Source: Polyangiales bacterium (GTDB lineage: Bacteria; Myxococcota_A; Polyangia; Polyangiales; Polyangiaceae). Taken from it: a stretch of DNA of 58,040 nt. Each line of letters starts with the position of its first letter. Position 1 is the first letter of the stretch. Under the pieces are notes generated by a model. The model saw nothing but the letters and a program-made list of their open reading frames with translations, ran no database searches and had not been told where the DNA came from. Location: positions 1 to 58,040 of the forward strand of contig JBBRNJ010000059.1 of the NCBI GenBank assembly GCA_038230375.1, given 5' to 3'. Shown here piece after piece: positions 48,005 to 58,040 of the stretch. The position numbers were made by a program, and so were the translations under genes.

Positions 48005-49651
48005 ATGTCATCTTTCGAAGCACGATTCGGTCCCGGGATCTGGGTCACCGTCGTCATTGCTACCTACAACCGCGCCGATTCGCTCCGTCGCCTGCTCGGT
48101 CAGCTCGACGCGCAGACGCTGGATCCGGATCACTACGAGATCATCGCCGTCGACGACGGCTCGAAGATCGACATGCGTGCGGAGCTCGCGGACGTGAAGA
48201 CGCGCTGCGACCTGCGCATCGAGCGGCAAGAGAACGCTGGCGCAGCAGCAGCCCGTCAGCGCGGCGTCACGCTCGCGCGCGGCAAGATCATCGTCGTCAT
48301 CGACGACGACATGCAGGTCGGCCCGAAGTACCTCACGAGCCACCTCGAGAAGCACACCGGGCCGGACAAGGTGGTGCTCGGACGCCTTCGTCCAGACGCG
48401 GACCTCTCCGGAATGCCTCTCTACGAGCGCTACTACGCGCGCGTCATGGGTCGCGCCGGTGATGCCTACGCCTCCGGCAAGGTGCCCGTGCGCGGACACA
48501 ATCTGTACACCGGCAACGTGTCGTTCGATCGCGAGCTGTTCGTTCGCGTAGGCGGCTTCGACCCGGTGTTTCGCGCGCTCGAGGACGAGGAGCTCGGCAT
48601 TCGCTTCGAAAAGGCGGGCGCGGACTTTGGCTTCGCCGATGCTGCGGAGAGCGTCCATGGCTCCGATCGCACGTCCATGGAGAGCTGGATGAACCGCGCC
48701 TATCGCGACGGGATCTACCAGACCAAGGTCGGCAAGAAGCATCCTGACCACCGCGAGTCGAGCCCGTGGCGGCACCTGCCCAACATCAATCCGCTCTCGC
48801 GCCCCTTCCTCGCGTTCGGCCTGGCCACGCCGGGCGCGGCGAGCCTGCTCGCGAAGGCTGCCATCCACACGGCCTCCGCGTTCGACAAGGTTGGGCTCGA
48901 GCCCGTTGCGCTTGCAGGGGCGACTCTCGTGTACGGCATCCAGTTCTACCGCGGGGTCCGCAGCGAGACCGGCGGCGCCATGGACGTTGCTCGTGAGTAC
49001 CGCGAGTTCAAGAAGGGCGTGACGCTCCTTCGCAGCGGCGCGCGTGGCAACGGGTCCGCGTGGAAGGCGCTCATGGAGGCCATCCGCGAGGACAACCACA
49101 TGATCCGCGTCTACGCGGAGAAGTACGACTACCGCCTGGAGGAGGGCGCGATCCCGCCGGACGCAACGTCGAAGGAGCTCGTCTCCGACGCGGTCCGCAA
49201 GATCGGCTATCAGCTGATGATCGCCTATCGCGTCATGCGGTTCATGCGCGACTCCGGGCTCATGCTCGGCGCGCAGTTCATGTCACGCATCATCCGCCAC
49301 GGGTTTTCTTCGGACATCCACTGGGATGCGGACCTTGCCCCCGGCATCGTGGTGGTGCACGGCTTTGGCCTTGCCATCAGCTATGCAGCGAAGATCGGTC
49401 ACGGCGCGATCCTCTACCAGAACGTCACGCTGGGCTACGGGCTGGATCCGGAGACCAAGGCGCCTGGCGCGCCCGTCATCGAGAAGAACGTGCACATCGG
49501 CGTGGGCGCCACGCTGTTCGGCCCCATCGTCGTGGGCGAGGGCACGAAGATCATGGCCAACTGCGTGATCAACCGCAGCGTGCCGCCGCGATCGATCGTG
49601 GAGGCCCCCGTCCCACACGTGGTTGCTCGGGCCGTGCGCCCCGGCCCGTGA
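48005..49651 (+). CDS. GT2 glycosyltransferase fused to a CysE-like hexapeptide acetyltransferase
   Basis: VVIATYNR, VDDGS, IDDD, GGFD...ED.ELG, then HGFG, YQNVTLG, PVIEKNVHIGVGA. Confidence 0.88.
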   Translation: MSSFEARFGPGIWVTVVIATYNRADSLRRLLGQLDAQTLDPDHYEIIAVDDGSKIDMRAELADVKTRCDLRIERQENAGAAAARQRGVTLARGKIIVVIDDDMQVGPKYLTSHLEKHTGPDKVVLGRLRPDADLSGMPLYERYYARVMGRAGDAYASGKVPVRGHNLYTGNVSFDRELFVRVGGFDPVFRALEDEELGIRFEKAGADFGFADAAESVHGSDRTSMESWMNRAYRDGIYQTKVGKKHPDHRESSPWRHLPNINPLSRPFLAFGLATPGAASLLAKAAIHTASAFDKVGLEPVALAGATLVYGIQFYRGVRSETGGAMDVAREYREFKKGVTLLRSGARGNGSAWKALMEAIREDNHMIRVYAEKYDYRLEEGAIPPDATSKELVSDAVRKIGYQLMIAYRVMRFMRDSGLMLGAQFMSRIIRHGFSSDIHWDADLAPGIVVVHGFGLAISYAAKIGHGAILYQNVTLGYGLDPETKAPGAPVIEKNVHIGVGATLFGPIVVGEGTKIMANCVINRSVPPRSIVEAPVPHVVARAVRPGP

Positions 49652-49667
49652 TTCCGGTGAGCTCGTA

Positions 49668-50852
49668 GTGTGGGCTTTCACCCTGTTCGTGTGCGCTGTC
49701 GCGTCGCATGCGGTGCTCGTGGCGTGGACGCGCACGGTCATCGGGCGGCAGCCGCTGCGGACCGTTGCGCTGGGGCTCGTCGCGTTCTGCGCGTGTGTCG
49801 CCCTCTTCGGACCTCGTGAGAACTTCGGCTACACGTCATTCGAGCTGACCATCGTCATGACGGGCGCCGGCCTCTACGTCGCGATGCTCGTGGCGTCGCG
49901 CGTGCTCCCGGCGGCGCGGCGGCGGCTGTCGTCCGCTGGGAAGAAGAAGGTTACGGAGAAGGACGAGGGCAAGGACAAGGGCGAGGAGAAGGACAAGGGC
50001 AAGGAGCGGCCTGGGCGGCGGGAGGCCTTGCTTCGCATTGGTGGTGGCTTGGCGTGGGGGACCAGCGCCAGTGCGCTCGGCTGGGGGATGGCGCGGGGTC
50101 GGCACGACTACCAGCTGGTGGAGGTGCCGGTGAAGATCGTGGGGCTCCCGCGCGCGCTCGATGGGTACACGATCGTGCAGATCTCCGACCTTCACATAGG
50201 CGAGTGGGTGGGTGAGGCGGACATCGCGCGCGGCCTCGAGATCGTGACGCGGGCGCGCGGTGATCTTCTCGCCGTCACGGGCGATCTCGTCGACTTCGAC
50301 GAGCGCCTTGCGCCGATGATCGCCGAGCGCATCGCGCGCATCGCTCCACGCGATGGTGTCGTGGGCATCCTGGGCAACCACGACTACTACTCGGACGCGG
50401 CTGCCGTGCGCTCGGCGCTCAGCGCTGCTGGCGTCGACATGCTGGTCAACGAGCGGCGCATCATGCGCGCGGGTGATGGCGGCGGCTTCGCGCTGATCGG
50501 GCTGGATGACTACTACGGCCTTCGCTATGGGGCGACCGGCCCAGACCTGACCGGCACGCTCGCGAAGCTCACGGATGCCGCGAAGGATCTGCCGCGCATC
50601 CTCCTCGCACATCAGCCTCGTCAGTTCGACGAATCCGCGGGCCAGGTCGCGCTGCAGCTCAGCGGCCACACGCATGGCTTGCAGATGAACTTTGCCGCCG
50701 TGGTCGGCCGCATGTCGCAGAGGTACGTGGCCGGGCGCTACGAGAAAAATGGCTCTGTCCTGTGGGTGAACAGCGGCTTTGGTGTCACGGGCCCGCCGTC
50801 GCGCGTCGGTGTCCCGCCCGAGATCACGAAAATTGTGCTGGTTGCAGCCTGA
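49668..50852 (+). CDS. Membrane metallophosphoesterase (YkuE-like)
   Basis: QISDLH, TGDLVD, GNHDYY, LAHQP, SGHTHG. Confidence 0.92.
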   Translation: MWAFTLFVCAVASHAVLVAWTRTVIGRQPLRTVALGLVAFCACVALFGPRENFGYTSFELTIVMTGAGLYVAMLVASRVLPAARRRLSSAGKKKVTEKDEGKDKGEEKDKGKERPGRREALLRIGGGLAWGTSASALGWGMARGRHDYQLVEVPVKIVGLPRALDGYTIVQISDLHIGEWVGEADIARGLEIVTRARGDLLAVTGDLVDFDERLAPMIAERIARIAPRDGVVGILGNHDYYSDAAAVRSALSAAGVDMLVNERRIMRAGDGGGFALIGLDDYYGLRYGATGPDLTGTLAKLTDAAKDLPRILLAHQPRQFDESAGQVALQLSGHTHGLQMNFAAVVGRMSQRYVAGRYEKNGSVLWVNSGFGVTGPPSRVGVPPEITKIVLVAA

Positions 50853-50900
50853 CTTTTTCTTCGCCGCGCGCACGCGCCGAGTTCGCTATCATCGGCAACG

Positions 50901-51776
50901 ATGGATGTTCAAAGCGCAATCGCTCTCGCAACCCGTGCACGCGGCAAGGCCAAGCGCATGCTCCTGCGCGCGCCCATGGTCAAACAGGTCGCGGACACCC
51001 GCTACTTCGCCGCGCTCGGTCGCCACGCCGGTGAGCTGCCGTGGCTCGATCACGATCGCTTCTCGGTCGTGACGGACCTCCGCAAGGACTGGTTCGCCAA
51101 ACGCGATGGTAGCCAGCTGATCCCCGCCGCCGTGCTGAAGAGCGCCGGCGTTTTCGTGGAGCAGCTGAAGGCCAACACATCGGACAAGAGCTGTGTGCGC
51201 ATCACGCCCGAGCAGCTCGCGGATGATGCGACGCTCTTCTCGTGGGGGCTCTGCGACGAGAACCTGGACCTGGCGGAGTGCTACATTGGCCTGCCTGTCC
51301 ACTTCCTTGGCGTGGAGGTGAAGCGCGAGCGTCCCGACGGGCAAGCGACAGACGTCCGTCAGTGGCACATCGACGTGGAGGACCGCCGGATGATGAAGAT
51401 CATCTCGTATCTCAGCGACGTCGACAGCACGTGCGGCCCGTTCAACTATCTTGATCGCCCCACGACCGGCCGCGCGGTTCGCAATCTCAACTACTGGTCT
51501 GGGTTCGTGCCCGACGCGACCATGAACAGCGCAGTTCCGCAGGGCGACTGGACGCAGGCGCTCGGGCCGCGCCTCACCACGGTCTTCGTCGACACCTGCC
51601 GCCTCTTCCACCGCGCCATGCCGCCGACGAAGGTGGATCGCTACTCGATGACGTTCTCGTACTCGAGCACCACGCCGTTCCAGGTCTTCCCCGAGTTCAT
51701 GCAGAACCGAAAGACCATGATGCGCCTCAAGGACCAGCTGACTCCGCGCCAGCGCACCGCGTCCATGATGGACTGA
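50901..51776 (+). CDS. 2OG-Fe(II) oxygenase / PhyH-like protein
   Basis: QWHID (HxD), YLSDV...GPF.Y, FVDT..LFHR. Confidence 0.8.
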   Translation: MDVQSAIALATRARGKAKRMLLRAPMVKQVADTRYFAALGRHAGELPWLDHDRFSVVTDLRKDWFAKRDGSQLIPAAVLKSAGVFVEQLKANTSDKSCVRITPEQLADDATLFSWGLCDENLDLAECYIGLPVHFLGVEVKRERPDGQATDVRQWHIDVEDRRMMKIISYLSDVDSTCGPFNYLDRPTTGRAVRNLNYWSGFVPDATMNSAVPQGDWTQALGPRLTTVFVDTCRLFHRAMPPTKVDRYSMTFSYSSTTPFQVFPEFMQNRKTMMRLKDQLTPRQRTASMMD

Positions 51777-51867
51777 TCCCATGGACTGATCCCATGGACT
51801 GATCCCATGGACTGATCCCATGGACTGATCCCATGGACTGATCCCATGGACTGATCCCATGGACTGA
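51768..51867 (+). repeat. Perfect tandem repeat ATGGACTGATCCC, 7 copies plus 9 bp
   Basis: Counted directly from the sequence. Confidence 0.98.
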
Positions 51868-51890
51868 AGTCCGCGCTAGACTGTCAGTCG

Positions 51891-52880
51891 ATGCAAATCT
51901 CACTTCGTGTCGGGGCGGTTGCTGCGGTCGTGCTGGTGCTCGGCGTGGCGCTCGCCGTTGCTTGCGGCTCCTCGAGCGATGGCGACGGGGGCGCCGGTCA
52001 GTCGGACGCGAGCGGCAAACCTGGCAACGGAGCGATCTTGCCCGGCACCGGCAGCGACGGCGCCAGCACCTCCATGGATGGCAGCTCCCAGTCGCAGGGT
52101 GATGCCGCTCCGTCCGTGGGCTGCGGTGCTGCGGGCGCGAAGACCGGCTACCTGGGGCAGCAGACACTCTCGCTCAATGGCTCGCCGCGTTCATATGCGC
52201 TCTTCGTGGGCGACAAATACGACGGCAAGAAGGCGCTGCCGATCGTGTTCTCGTTCCACGGCGACGGCGGCAATGGCGCTGGCATGCGCAAGACCGTGGA
52301 CCTGGAGACGCCCGCAGGAGGCAACGCGATCTTCGTCTACCCCGACGGCCCCAACCAGACCTGGGACCTGGAGACACCGCCGGCGATGAACCTGGACTAC
52401 CAGTTCTTCGACGCGATGGTGACCGCGCTGGAGTCAAAGCTCTGCGTCGACAAGTCGAAGGTCTTCGTCTTCGGGTTCAGCCGCGGTGGCTTCTTCGTCA
52501 ACCAGCTTGGCTGCTTTCGCGGCACCACGGTGCGCGCGATCTCGGCGCACTCGGGCGGCGGCCCCTACTCCAACAACGCGGCCGACTTCGACATGAACGG
52601 GTTCTTCAAGTGCACCACGGCGCCAGTCGCCGCGCTCATCATGCATGGCCAGGCAGACTCCGTCGTGCCCATCGCGGGCGGCGGACAGAAGTCACGCGAT
52701 CACTGGCAGATCGCGAACACTTGCCAGACAACCACCACCGCCTACGCACCAACATCATGCGTGTCCTACAACACGTGCGCAGCCGATCATCCCGTCGTGT
52801 GGTGTGCGATCCCCGGCCTCGATCACGCGCCCTGGACGAGCGCCGCAGCGACGACGTGGAGCTTCTTCACAAGCCTGTAG
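51891..52880 (+). CDS. Lipoprotein esterase (PHB depolymerase/LpqC-like)
   Basis: AVAC lipobox, PIVFSFHG, FVYPDG, GFSRGG, HGQAD, GLDH. Confidence 0.88.
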   Translation: MQISLRVGAVAAVVLVLGVALAVACGSSSDGDGGAGQSDASGKPGNGAILPGTGSDGASTSMDGSSQSQGDAAPSVGCGAAGAKTGYLGQQTLSLNGSPRSYALFVGDKYDGKKALPIVFSFHGDGGNGAGMRKTVDLETPAGGNAIFVYPDGPNQTWDLETPPAMNLDYQFFDAMVTALESKLCVDKSKVFVFGFSRGGFFVNQLGCFRGTTVRAISAHSGGGPYSNNAADFDMNGFFKCTTAPVAALIMHGQADSVVPIAGGGQKSRDHWQIANTCQTTTTAYAPTSCVSYNTCAADHPVVWCAIPGLDHAPWTSAAATTWSFFTSL

Positions 52881-52899
52881 CTCCCTCTGTAAGCACATC

Positions 52900-53067
<168 letters not shown>

Positions 53068-53109
53068 GGCGGCGGTCGCGATAGCGTTTAACGCTGGGGG
53101 TTATTCTCC

Positions 53110-55716
53110 ATGCGTAAGCTTTGGCTTGGGTTGTTCGTGGGTGTTGGCGTGTCGGTCGCGGTTGCGTGCGGTGGCGGCGACGGTAGCTCGTTCGGCGGCG
53201 GCGGCGATGTGGACGCTTCGGGCGATGACTCGGCGGCGGGCGGCTCGTTCGGCAAGAGCGACTCCGGAAGCCATGACGGCGGCGCGCTCAACTGCGCTGA
53301 CGGAAGCCTGGACCCCGCGTGTTTCCCGCCCGGCGTGTGCGGCGACGGCAAGCCCGGCCTGGGCGAGGCGTGCGACGACGGCAACAAGACCAACGGCGAC
53401 GGCTGCTCCGCGACCTGCCAGGTAGAGGCGCCCTACTGGGCGTGCACGTGGTCCGGGCAGCCCTGCGTGGACGTCCGTGACTGCGCGGCGCTGGCGGACG
53501 CCGGCAAGGACGCTGGCACCTGCGTGGTGAGCGCGAAGGCGCCGCTCTGTGGTGACGGCATCCTGGACATGGGCGAGGTCTGCGATGACGGCAACGCGAA
53601 CGGCGGGGATGGCTGCGCCGCGGACTGCAAGACGGTGGAGGCGAACTATCTGTGCCCCACGCCCAACAAGGCGTGCGTCTACACCGTGGTGTGCGGCGAC
53701 GGCAAAATCCAGGGCCTGGAGACCTGCGACGACGGCAACAAGGTGGCCGGCGATGGCTGCTCCGCACCGAACGCGAACCCGATGCTGTCGTGTCAGCTCG
53801 AAGCCGGCTGGGTGTGCCCCGTGGCCGGCGGACGCTGCAACGCGAAGCTCTGCGGTGATGGCATCCTCGCCGGCGCCGAGCAGTGCGACGACGGCGCGAA
53901 CAATCCGAACGACGGATGCAGTCCCACGTGCATCCTGGAGCCGGGCTTCGCATGCGTGGTGCCTGCGGGCGGCAAGTCCGTGTGCCACGCGACGACCTGC
54001 GGCGACGCAGTGAAGGAAGGCTTCGAGCAGTGCGACGACGGAAATCTGATCCCGTACGACGGTTGCTCGCCCACGTGCACCGTCGAGCCCACCTGCGCGG
54101 GCGGCGCATGCACGGCCCTCTGCGGTGACGGCATCAAGTTCCCTACGGAGCAGTGCGACGACGGCAACACGCGCAACGGTGACGGCTGCAGCTCCGTGTG
54201 CGTGAAGGAGGCGGGCTTCACCTGCCAGGACAAGACGCAGCCCCCGCCGTCGAGCCTCACGATCCCGATCCTCTATCGCGACATGCGCTACGCGGGCACC
54301 GCGAACGGCCATCCGGACTTCCAGGTCGACGGCTACATCAACGGCGTTGTCACGGGCCTCACGAAGCCGAATCTGGGCGGCGACGGCAAGCCCGTCTTCC
54401 TGTCCACGAACGGCAGCGGCGGTGCGAGCTCGCTCACCGACGCTGCGTCCTACTGCTGGTGGTACCACGAGAAGTCCACCGCGCTCTCCCCCGACTGCGG
54501 AGCTGTTGGCACCACGAATCCGTACGACAAGCTCGTGTACCTGGATGCGGGCAACAACCCGACGACGCTCACATTGAATGAGCTCGCGCCGGGCTCTGGC
54601 ATCTACCAGTACGACAACCAGACGTTCTATCCGCTGAACGGGCTTGGCTGGAACGCCGGCGGTGCGCCACAGACCGACGGCGACTGCAACGCGGGCGGCT
54701 CGCAGAACTTCGCGTTCACGAGCGAGCTGCACTACCAGTTCACGTACAAGGGCAGCGGCATGGAGACCTTCGACTTCACCGGTGACGACGACGTGTGGGT
54801 CTTCATCAACGGCGTGCTCGCCGTGGACATTGGCGGCGTGCACTCCGCAGCGAGCGGCACCGTCACGCTGGGCGCCGTGATCGCGCCAGCAGTGAATCCC
54901 GTGCCGAACCCGTTCAACCTCACGGTTGGCGGCATGTACGACATCTCCATGTTCCAGGCGGAGCGCCACACGTGCGCGTCCACATACAAGCTCACGCTGA
55001 GCGGGTTCGATCACGTGGTCACCACGTGCGACCCCATCTGCGGCGATGGCAAGCTCGAAGGCGGCGAGGTCTGCGACGACGGCGTCAACGACGGCACCTA
55101 CGGTCACTGCCTCCCGGACTGCAGCGGACGCGGACCGTACTGCGGCGACCTGTCCACGCAGATGCCGCCAGAGGTCTGCGACGACGGCACGAACCTCACG
55201 CTCTGGACGCCCTCGTCCGTGACCAGCTCGTGCAGCCCCGGCTGCGTGAAGCCCGCATACTGCGGCGACGCAACCGTCCAGGGAACCTACGGCGAGAAGT
55301 GCGATCTGGGCAGCGCGATGAACACCGGCGCGTACAACGGCTGCAATGCGAACTGCACCACCGGTCCGCACTGCGGCGACGCAGTGGTGCAAGCCGCGAA
55401 CGGCGAGGCGTGCGACAACGGCTTCAACGTGTCCTCGTACGCGAAGCATCCGACCGCGAGTGACTGCGCTCCGGGCTGCAAGCAGCCGCGCTACTGCGGC
55501 GACGGCGTGCTCGACTACCCGCAGGAGCAGTGCGACACGGGCGCCGGGAATGCCAACAACGGCGTCTACAACGGCTGCACGACGGACTGCGTGCTGGGGC
55601 CTCACTGCGGAGACCACGTTGTGCAGGTCTCCGCGGGAGAGCAGTGCGACGACGGCAATCGCATCAACGGCGACGGCTGCTCCGCGGCATGCCTCAAAGA
55701 AGGCGGCGTGAAGTAG
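53110..55716 (+). CDS. Fibro-slime (PA14-like) domain lipoprotein with DUF4215 Myxococcus Cys-rich repeats
   Basis: Many CGDG...ExCDDGN..GDGCS repeats, HPDF, NFAFTSE, FTGDDDVWVFING, FQAERHT. Confidence 0.93.
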   Translation: MRKLWLGLFVGVGVSVAVACGGGDGSSFGGGGDVDASGDDSAAGGSFGKSDSGSHDGGALNCADGSLDPACFPPGVCGDGKPGLGEACDDGNKTNGDGCSATCQVEAPYWACTWSGQPCVDVRDCAALADAGKDAGTCVVSAKAPLCGDGILDMGEVCDDGNANGGDGCAADCKTVEANYLCPTPNKACVYTVVCGDGKIQGLETCDDGNKVAGDGCSAPNANPMLSCQLEAGWVCPVAGGRCNAKLCGDGILAGAEQCDDGANNPNDGCSPTCILEPGFACVVPAGGKSVCHATTCGDAVKEGFEQCDDGNLIPYDGCSPTCTVEPTCAGGACTALCGDGIKFPTEQCDDGNTRNGDGCSSVCVKEAGFTCQDKTQPPPSSLTIPILYRDMRYAGTANGHPDFQVDGYINGVVTGLTKPNLGGDGKPVFLSTNGSGGASSLTDAASYCWWYHEKSTALSPDCGAVGTTNPYDKLVYLDAGNNPTTLTLNELAPGSGIYQYDNQTFYPLNGLGWNAGGAPQTDGDCNAGGSQNFAFTSELHYQFTYKGSGMETFDFTGDDDVWVFINGVLAVDIGGVHSAASGTVTLGAVIAPAVNPVPNPFNLTVGGMYDISMFQAERHTCASTYKLTLSGFDHVVTTCDPICGDGKLEGGEVCDDGVNDGTYGHCLPDCSGRGPYCGDLSTQMPPEVCDDGTNLTLWTPSSVTSSCSPGCVKPAYCGDATVQGTYGEKCDLGSAMNTGAYNGCNANCTTGPHCGDAVVQAANGEACDNGFNVSSYAKHPTASDCAPGCKQPRYCGDGVLDYPQEQCDTGAGNANNGVYNGCTTDCVLGPHCGDHVVQVSAGEQCDDGNRINGDGCSAACLKEGGVK

Positions 55717-55725
55717 TCTCTGGCA

Positions 55726-56889
55726 ATGCTGCTGGACGCGCTCTTCGATTGGCTCCTTGACGGCGTGCCGGGCGTGAAGAGCCCGGTCGATATCGCGGAC
55801 CGCCTGGGCCGCGACTTTGCAGCCGCCGGGATCCCCGTGGAGCGCGTTGGTGTGTTCGTCACCACGCTGCACCCGAACGTGGTGGGGCGCGCCTTCATCT
55901 GGGAGAAGGGCAAGGAGACGCGCATGGCGGCGCTCACCCAGCAGGTGAAGACCTCGCCCGATTACGCGCACAGCCCGCTCGCGCGTTGCACGGAGACGGG
56001 CCAGGAGTTTCGCTGGCGGAAGGGGGAGCCGGACCAGGGCTTCCCGTACATCAAGGATTTCTCGACGCGCGGATGTGTAGACTACATCTGTTTTCCGCTC
56101 CGCTTCACGAACGGCGAGGTGCACGTCATGAGCGTGAACAGCAACGTGGGGTTCACGGACGAGCACGTGGCAGCCATGCGTCACGTGGTCCGCCCGCTCG
56201 CCCGGGTCGCGGAGGGCTTTGCGATGCGACGCGTGGCGGAGAACATCCTCTCCACGTATGTGGGCGCTTCTTCTGGCGCGCGCGTCATGGCGGGGCGCAT
56301 CTTCAAGGGCGACGTGGAGACCATTCACGCCGCGATCTGGTTCTCGGACCTGCGCGGCTTCACCGAGATGTCGTCGCGCAAATCCGCGAAGGAGATGATC
56401 GGCGTCCTCAACGACGTGTTCGAGTGTCAGGTGCCCGCGATCGACAAGCACGGTGGTGAGGTGCTGAAGTTCATTGGTGACGGACTGCTCGCGATCTTTC
56501 CGATCAAGGAGCGCGCGGACGCGAAGGAGCGTTGTGAGGCGGCGATCCAGGCCGGGCGCGAGGCGCTTGCCGCGATGGACGCGCTGAACGCGAAGGACGG
56601 AACGGAGCTGCGCATCGGCCTGGCGCTCCACGTGGGTGATGTCGAGTACGGCAACATCGGCGGCGCGTCACGCCTGGACTTCACGGCGATCGGCGCGGCG
56701 GTGAACACGGCGGCGCGGCTCGAGGGGATCGCCAGCAAGGCGGGTCGCGCGATGGTGCTTTCGGAGGAGGTCGCGCAGCTGGTCGCGGGTGCCCAGAAGC
56801 CAGGAGAGCCGATGGGCGGCTTCGAGGACCTCGGCGCCTTCGAGCTGAAGGGGATCTCTGGCGCCAGGCGCGTTTTCGCCGCAAGGTGA
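55726..56889 (+). CDS. Class III adenylate cyclase with N-terminal GAF-like region
   Basis: FSDLRGFT, LKFIGDG, RLDFTAIG, VNTAARLE. The K/D pair indicates ATP specificity. Confidence 0.92.
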   Translation: MLLDALFDWLLDGVPGVKSPVDIADRLGRDFAAAGIPVERVGVFVTTLHPNVVGRAFIWEKGKETRMAALTQQVKTSPDYAHSPLARCTETGQEFRWRKGEPDQGFPYIKDFSTRGCVDYICFPLRFTNGEVHVMSVNSNVGFTDEHVAAMRHVVRPLARVAEGFAMRRVAENILSTYVGASSGARVMAGRIFKGDVETIHAAIWFSDLRGFTEMSSRKSAKEMIGVLNDVFECQVPAIDKHGGEVLKFIGDGLLAIFPIKERADAKERCEAAIQAGREALAAMDALNAKDGTELRIGLALHVGDVEYGNIGGASRLDFTAIGAAVNTAARLEGIASKAGRAMVLSEEVAQLVAGAQKPGEPMGGFEDLGAFELKGISGARRVFAAR

Positions 56890-56992
56890 GGCGTCCACGA
56901 AGGTGCGCGCGCGGCATTCTTGCAGTGCGTGGGATTTCGCCTGACGGAAGATCCCGCTCGTTGCGCCGGATCAGTGTCAAAGTCATCGTGGT

Positions 56993-58040
56993 ATGCCACG
57001 TGCGTCTGCGACGCGCATGCTCCCTGGACGCGTACTCGTTGCGGACGACGATCCAGTGTGGCTGGAAGTGATCTCGGCGATGTTGGTCGGTGAAGGCATG
57101 GTCGTGCGCGAGGCGCGGAACGGCGGCGAGGCGCTCGCGGAGCTGGCCGAAGGTGGGATCGATCTCGTCATCACGGATGTGTCCATGCCGGAGCTCGACG
57201 GCGTGCAGGTGTCCGCCATGGCAAGGACCGCCGGCGATCACGTGCCCATCATCGTGATGACGGCCCACCGCGACGAGTGGGTCGCGCTCGCCGTCTCCCG
57301 GCTCCAGCGCGCCACCTTGCTACACAAGCCGTTCACGCCCCAGGAGCTGCTCACGCATATCGAGGGGCTCCAGAGAAAGTCGCCACCACGCTCCGAGCAG
57401 CCAGCGGCGGCTCTGGAGTCGCATCTGTTCCCGCCGGCCTTGATCCCGATGCTGCGGGAGCGGCTCGGAAGCGAGCACCCGTGCGTGGAAGGTATCGGCG
57501 ACGAGGTCCTGGGCGAGCTGTTGAATGTCGTGTTCTTCGCGGGACTGGAGACCGAGGAGGGCGAGCGAAACCCCATTCGCGTGATCTTCTCGGGCGCCTC
57601 GACCGTGGCGAGTGAAGCGCGAGACGAGGAGGACGTGACGGCGGCGGTGTTCCGATGGAGCGCGCTCGCCTTCCAGACGCCGCGGCCACTGTCGATAGGA
57701 GCGCTGGTGAAGCTCGCCGCAGCGAACGTCAGCCCGCCGTTCTTCACGGAGGTGACGTATCGCGAGGGGCATCTCGTCATCACCGGGCTCGCGCGCGAAC
57801 GCGTCAACATCGAGGGAGACACATCGATCAAGGTCGTCGCCAAGCGACCTGGCGATCTCTCCATCCGCGTGGGACAGCTTCACATCCTCGACTACTCACG
57901 CGGTCGCGTGAACGCGGCGGGCTGCAACGACGTCCTGTCGGAAGGCCCGATTCGTCGGGCGCTCGAGGTCCATGGCACGGTGGCTGGTGTGCCGCGCCTG
58001 GCGTTGCGCTCGTATGTGGATGCCGTCCGCGCCATCGTCG
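56993..58040 (+). CDS. Response-regulator receiver fused to a DACNV-like sensor domain (partial, runs off the edge)
   Basis: My translation: VLVADDD, LVITDVSMPELDG, VMTA, KPF, then LLNVVFFAGLETEEG...PLSIGALVKLA...PGDLSI. No stop before 58040. Confidence 0.8.
   Translation, partial: MPRASATRMLPGRVLVADDDPVWLEVISAMLVGEGMVVREARNGGEALAELAEGGIDLVITDVSMPELDGVQVSAMARTAGDHVPIIVMTAHRDEWVALAVSRLQRATLLHKPFTPQELLTHIEGLQRKSPPRSEQPAAALESHLFPPALIPMLRERLGSEHPCVEGIGDEVLGELLNVVFFAGLETEEGERNPIRVIFSGASTVASEARDEEDVTAAVFRWSALAFQTPRPLSIGALVKLAAANVSPPFFTEVTYREGHLVITGLARERVNIEGDTSIKVVAKRPGDLSIRVGQLHILDYSRGRVNAAGCNDVLSEGPIRRALEVHGTVAGVPRLALRSYVDAVRAIV

Noticed and set aside
51768..51867. CRISPR array
   Set aside because: The units are 13 bp and contiguous, with no spacers and no cas genes.
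53101..56631. 1176-aa minus-strand ORF and similar long antisense ORFs (e.g. 1470-2918, 10584-12494)
   Set aside because: These are shadows of real high-GC genes on the opposite strand and have no motifs.

Overview
High-GC chromosomal window that looks myxobacterial (Polyangiales-like, inferred from the many Cys-rich, DAG/DGG-linker lipoproteins, Ser/Thr kinases, and an AgmX/PglI-type and a DUF4215/fibro-slime protein). About 45 genes are supportable: secreted or lipoprotein hydrolases, four Hanks-type kinases, two metallophosphoesterases, two ECF sigma modules, a cytochrome P460-family protein, a GT2-acetyltransferase fusion and a class III cyclase. A receiver-DACNV-like ORF missing from the ORF track runs off the right edge. 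The most unusual part is 1-5030. It holds two internally deleted IS91/ISCR-like transposase remnants, five copies of a 23-28 nt palindromic motif and a G-U-compatible long hairpin element ending in that motif. It also holds a truncated nucleoside phosphorylase and a low-GC orphan gene. Also notable are a lipoprotein-ECF-anti-sigma-secreted caspase operon, a perfect 13-bp tandem array duplicating a gene's last codons, and two intergenic GACNNC tracts. No rRNA, tRNA or CRISPR was seen. All family calls come from motif recognition by eye, not database searches, and several start codons are best guesses.
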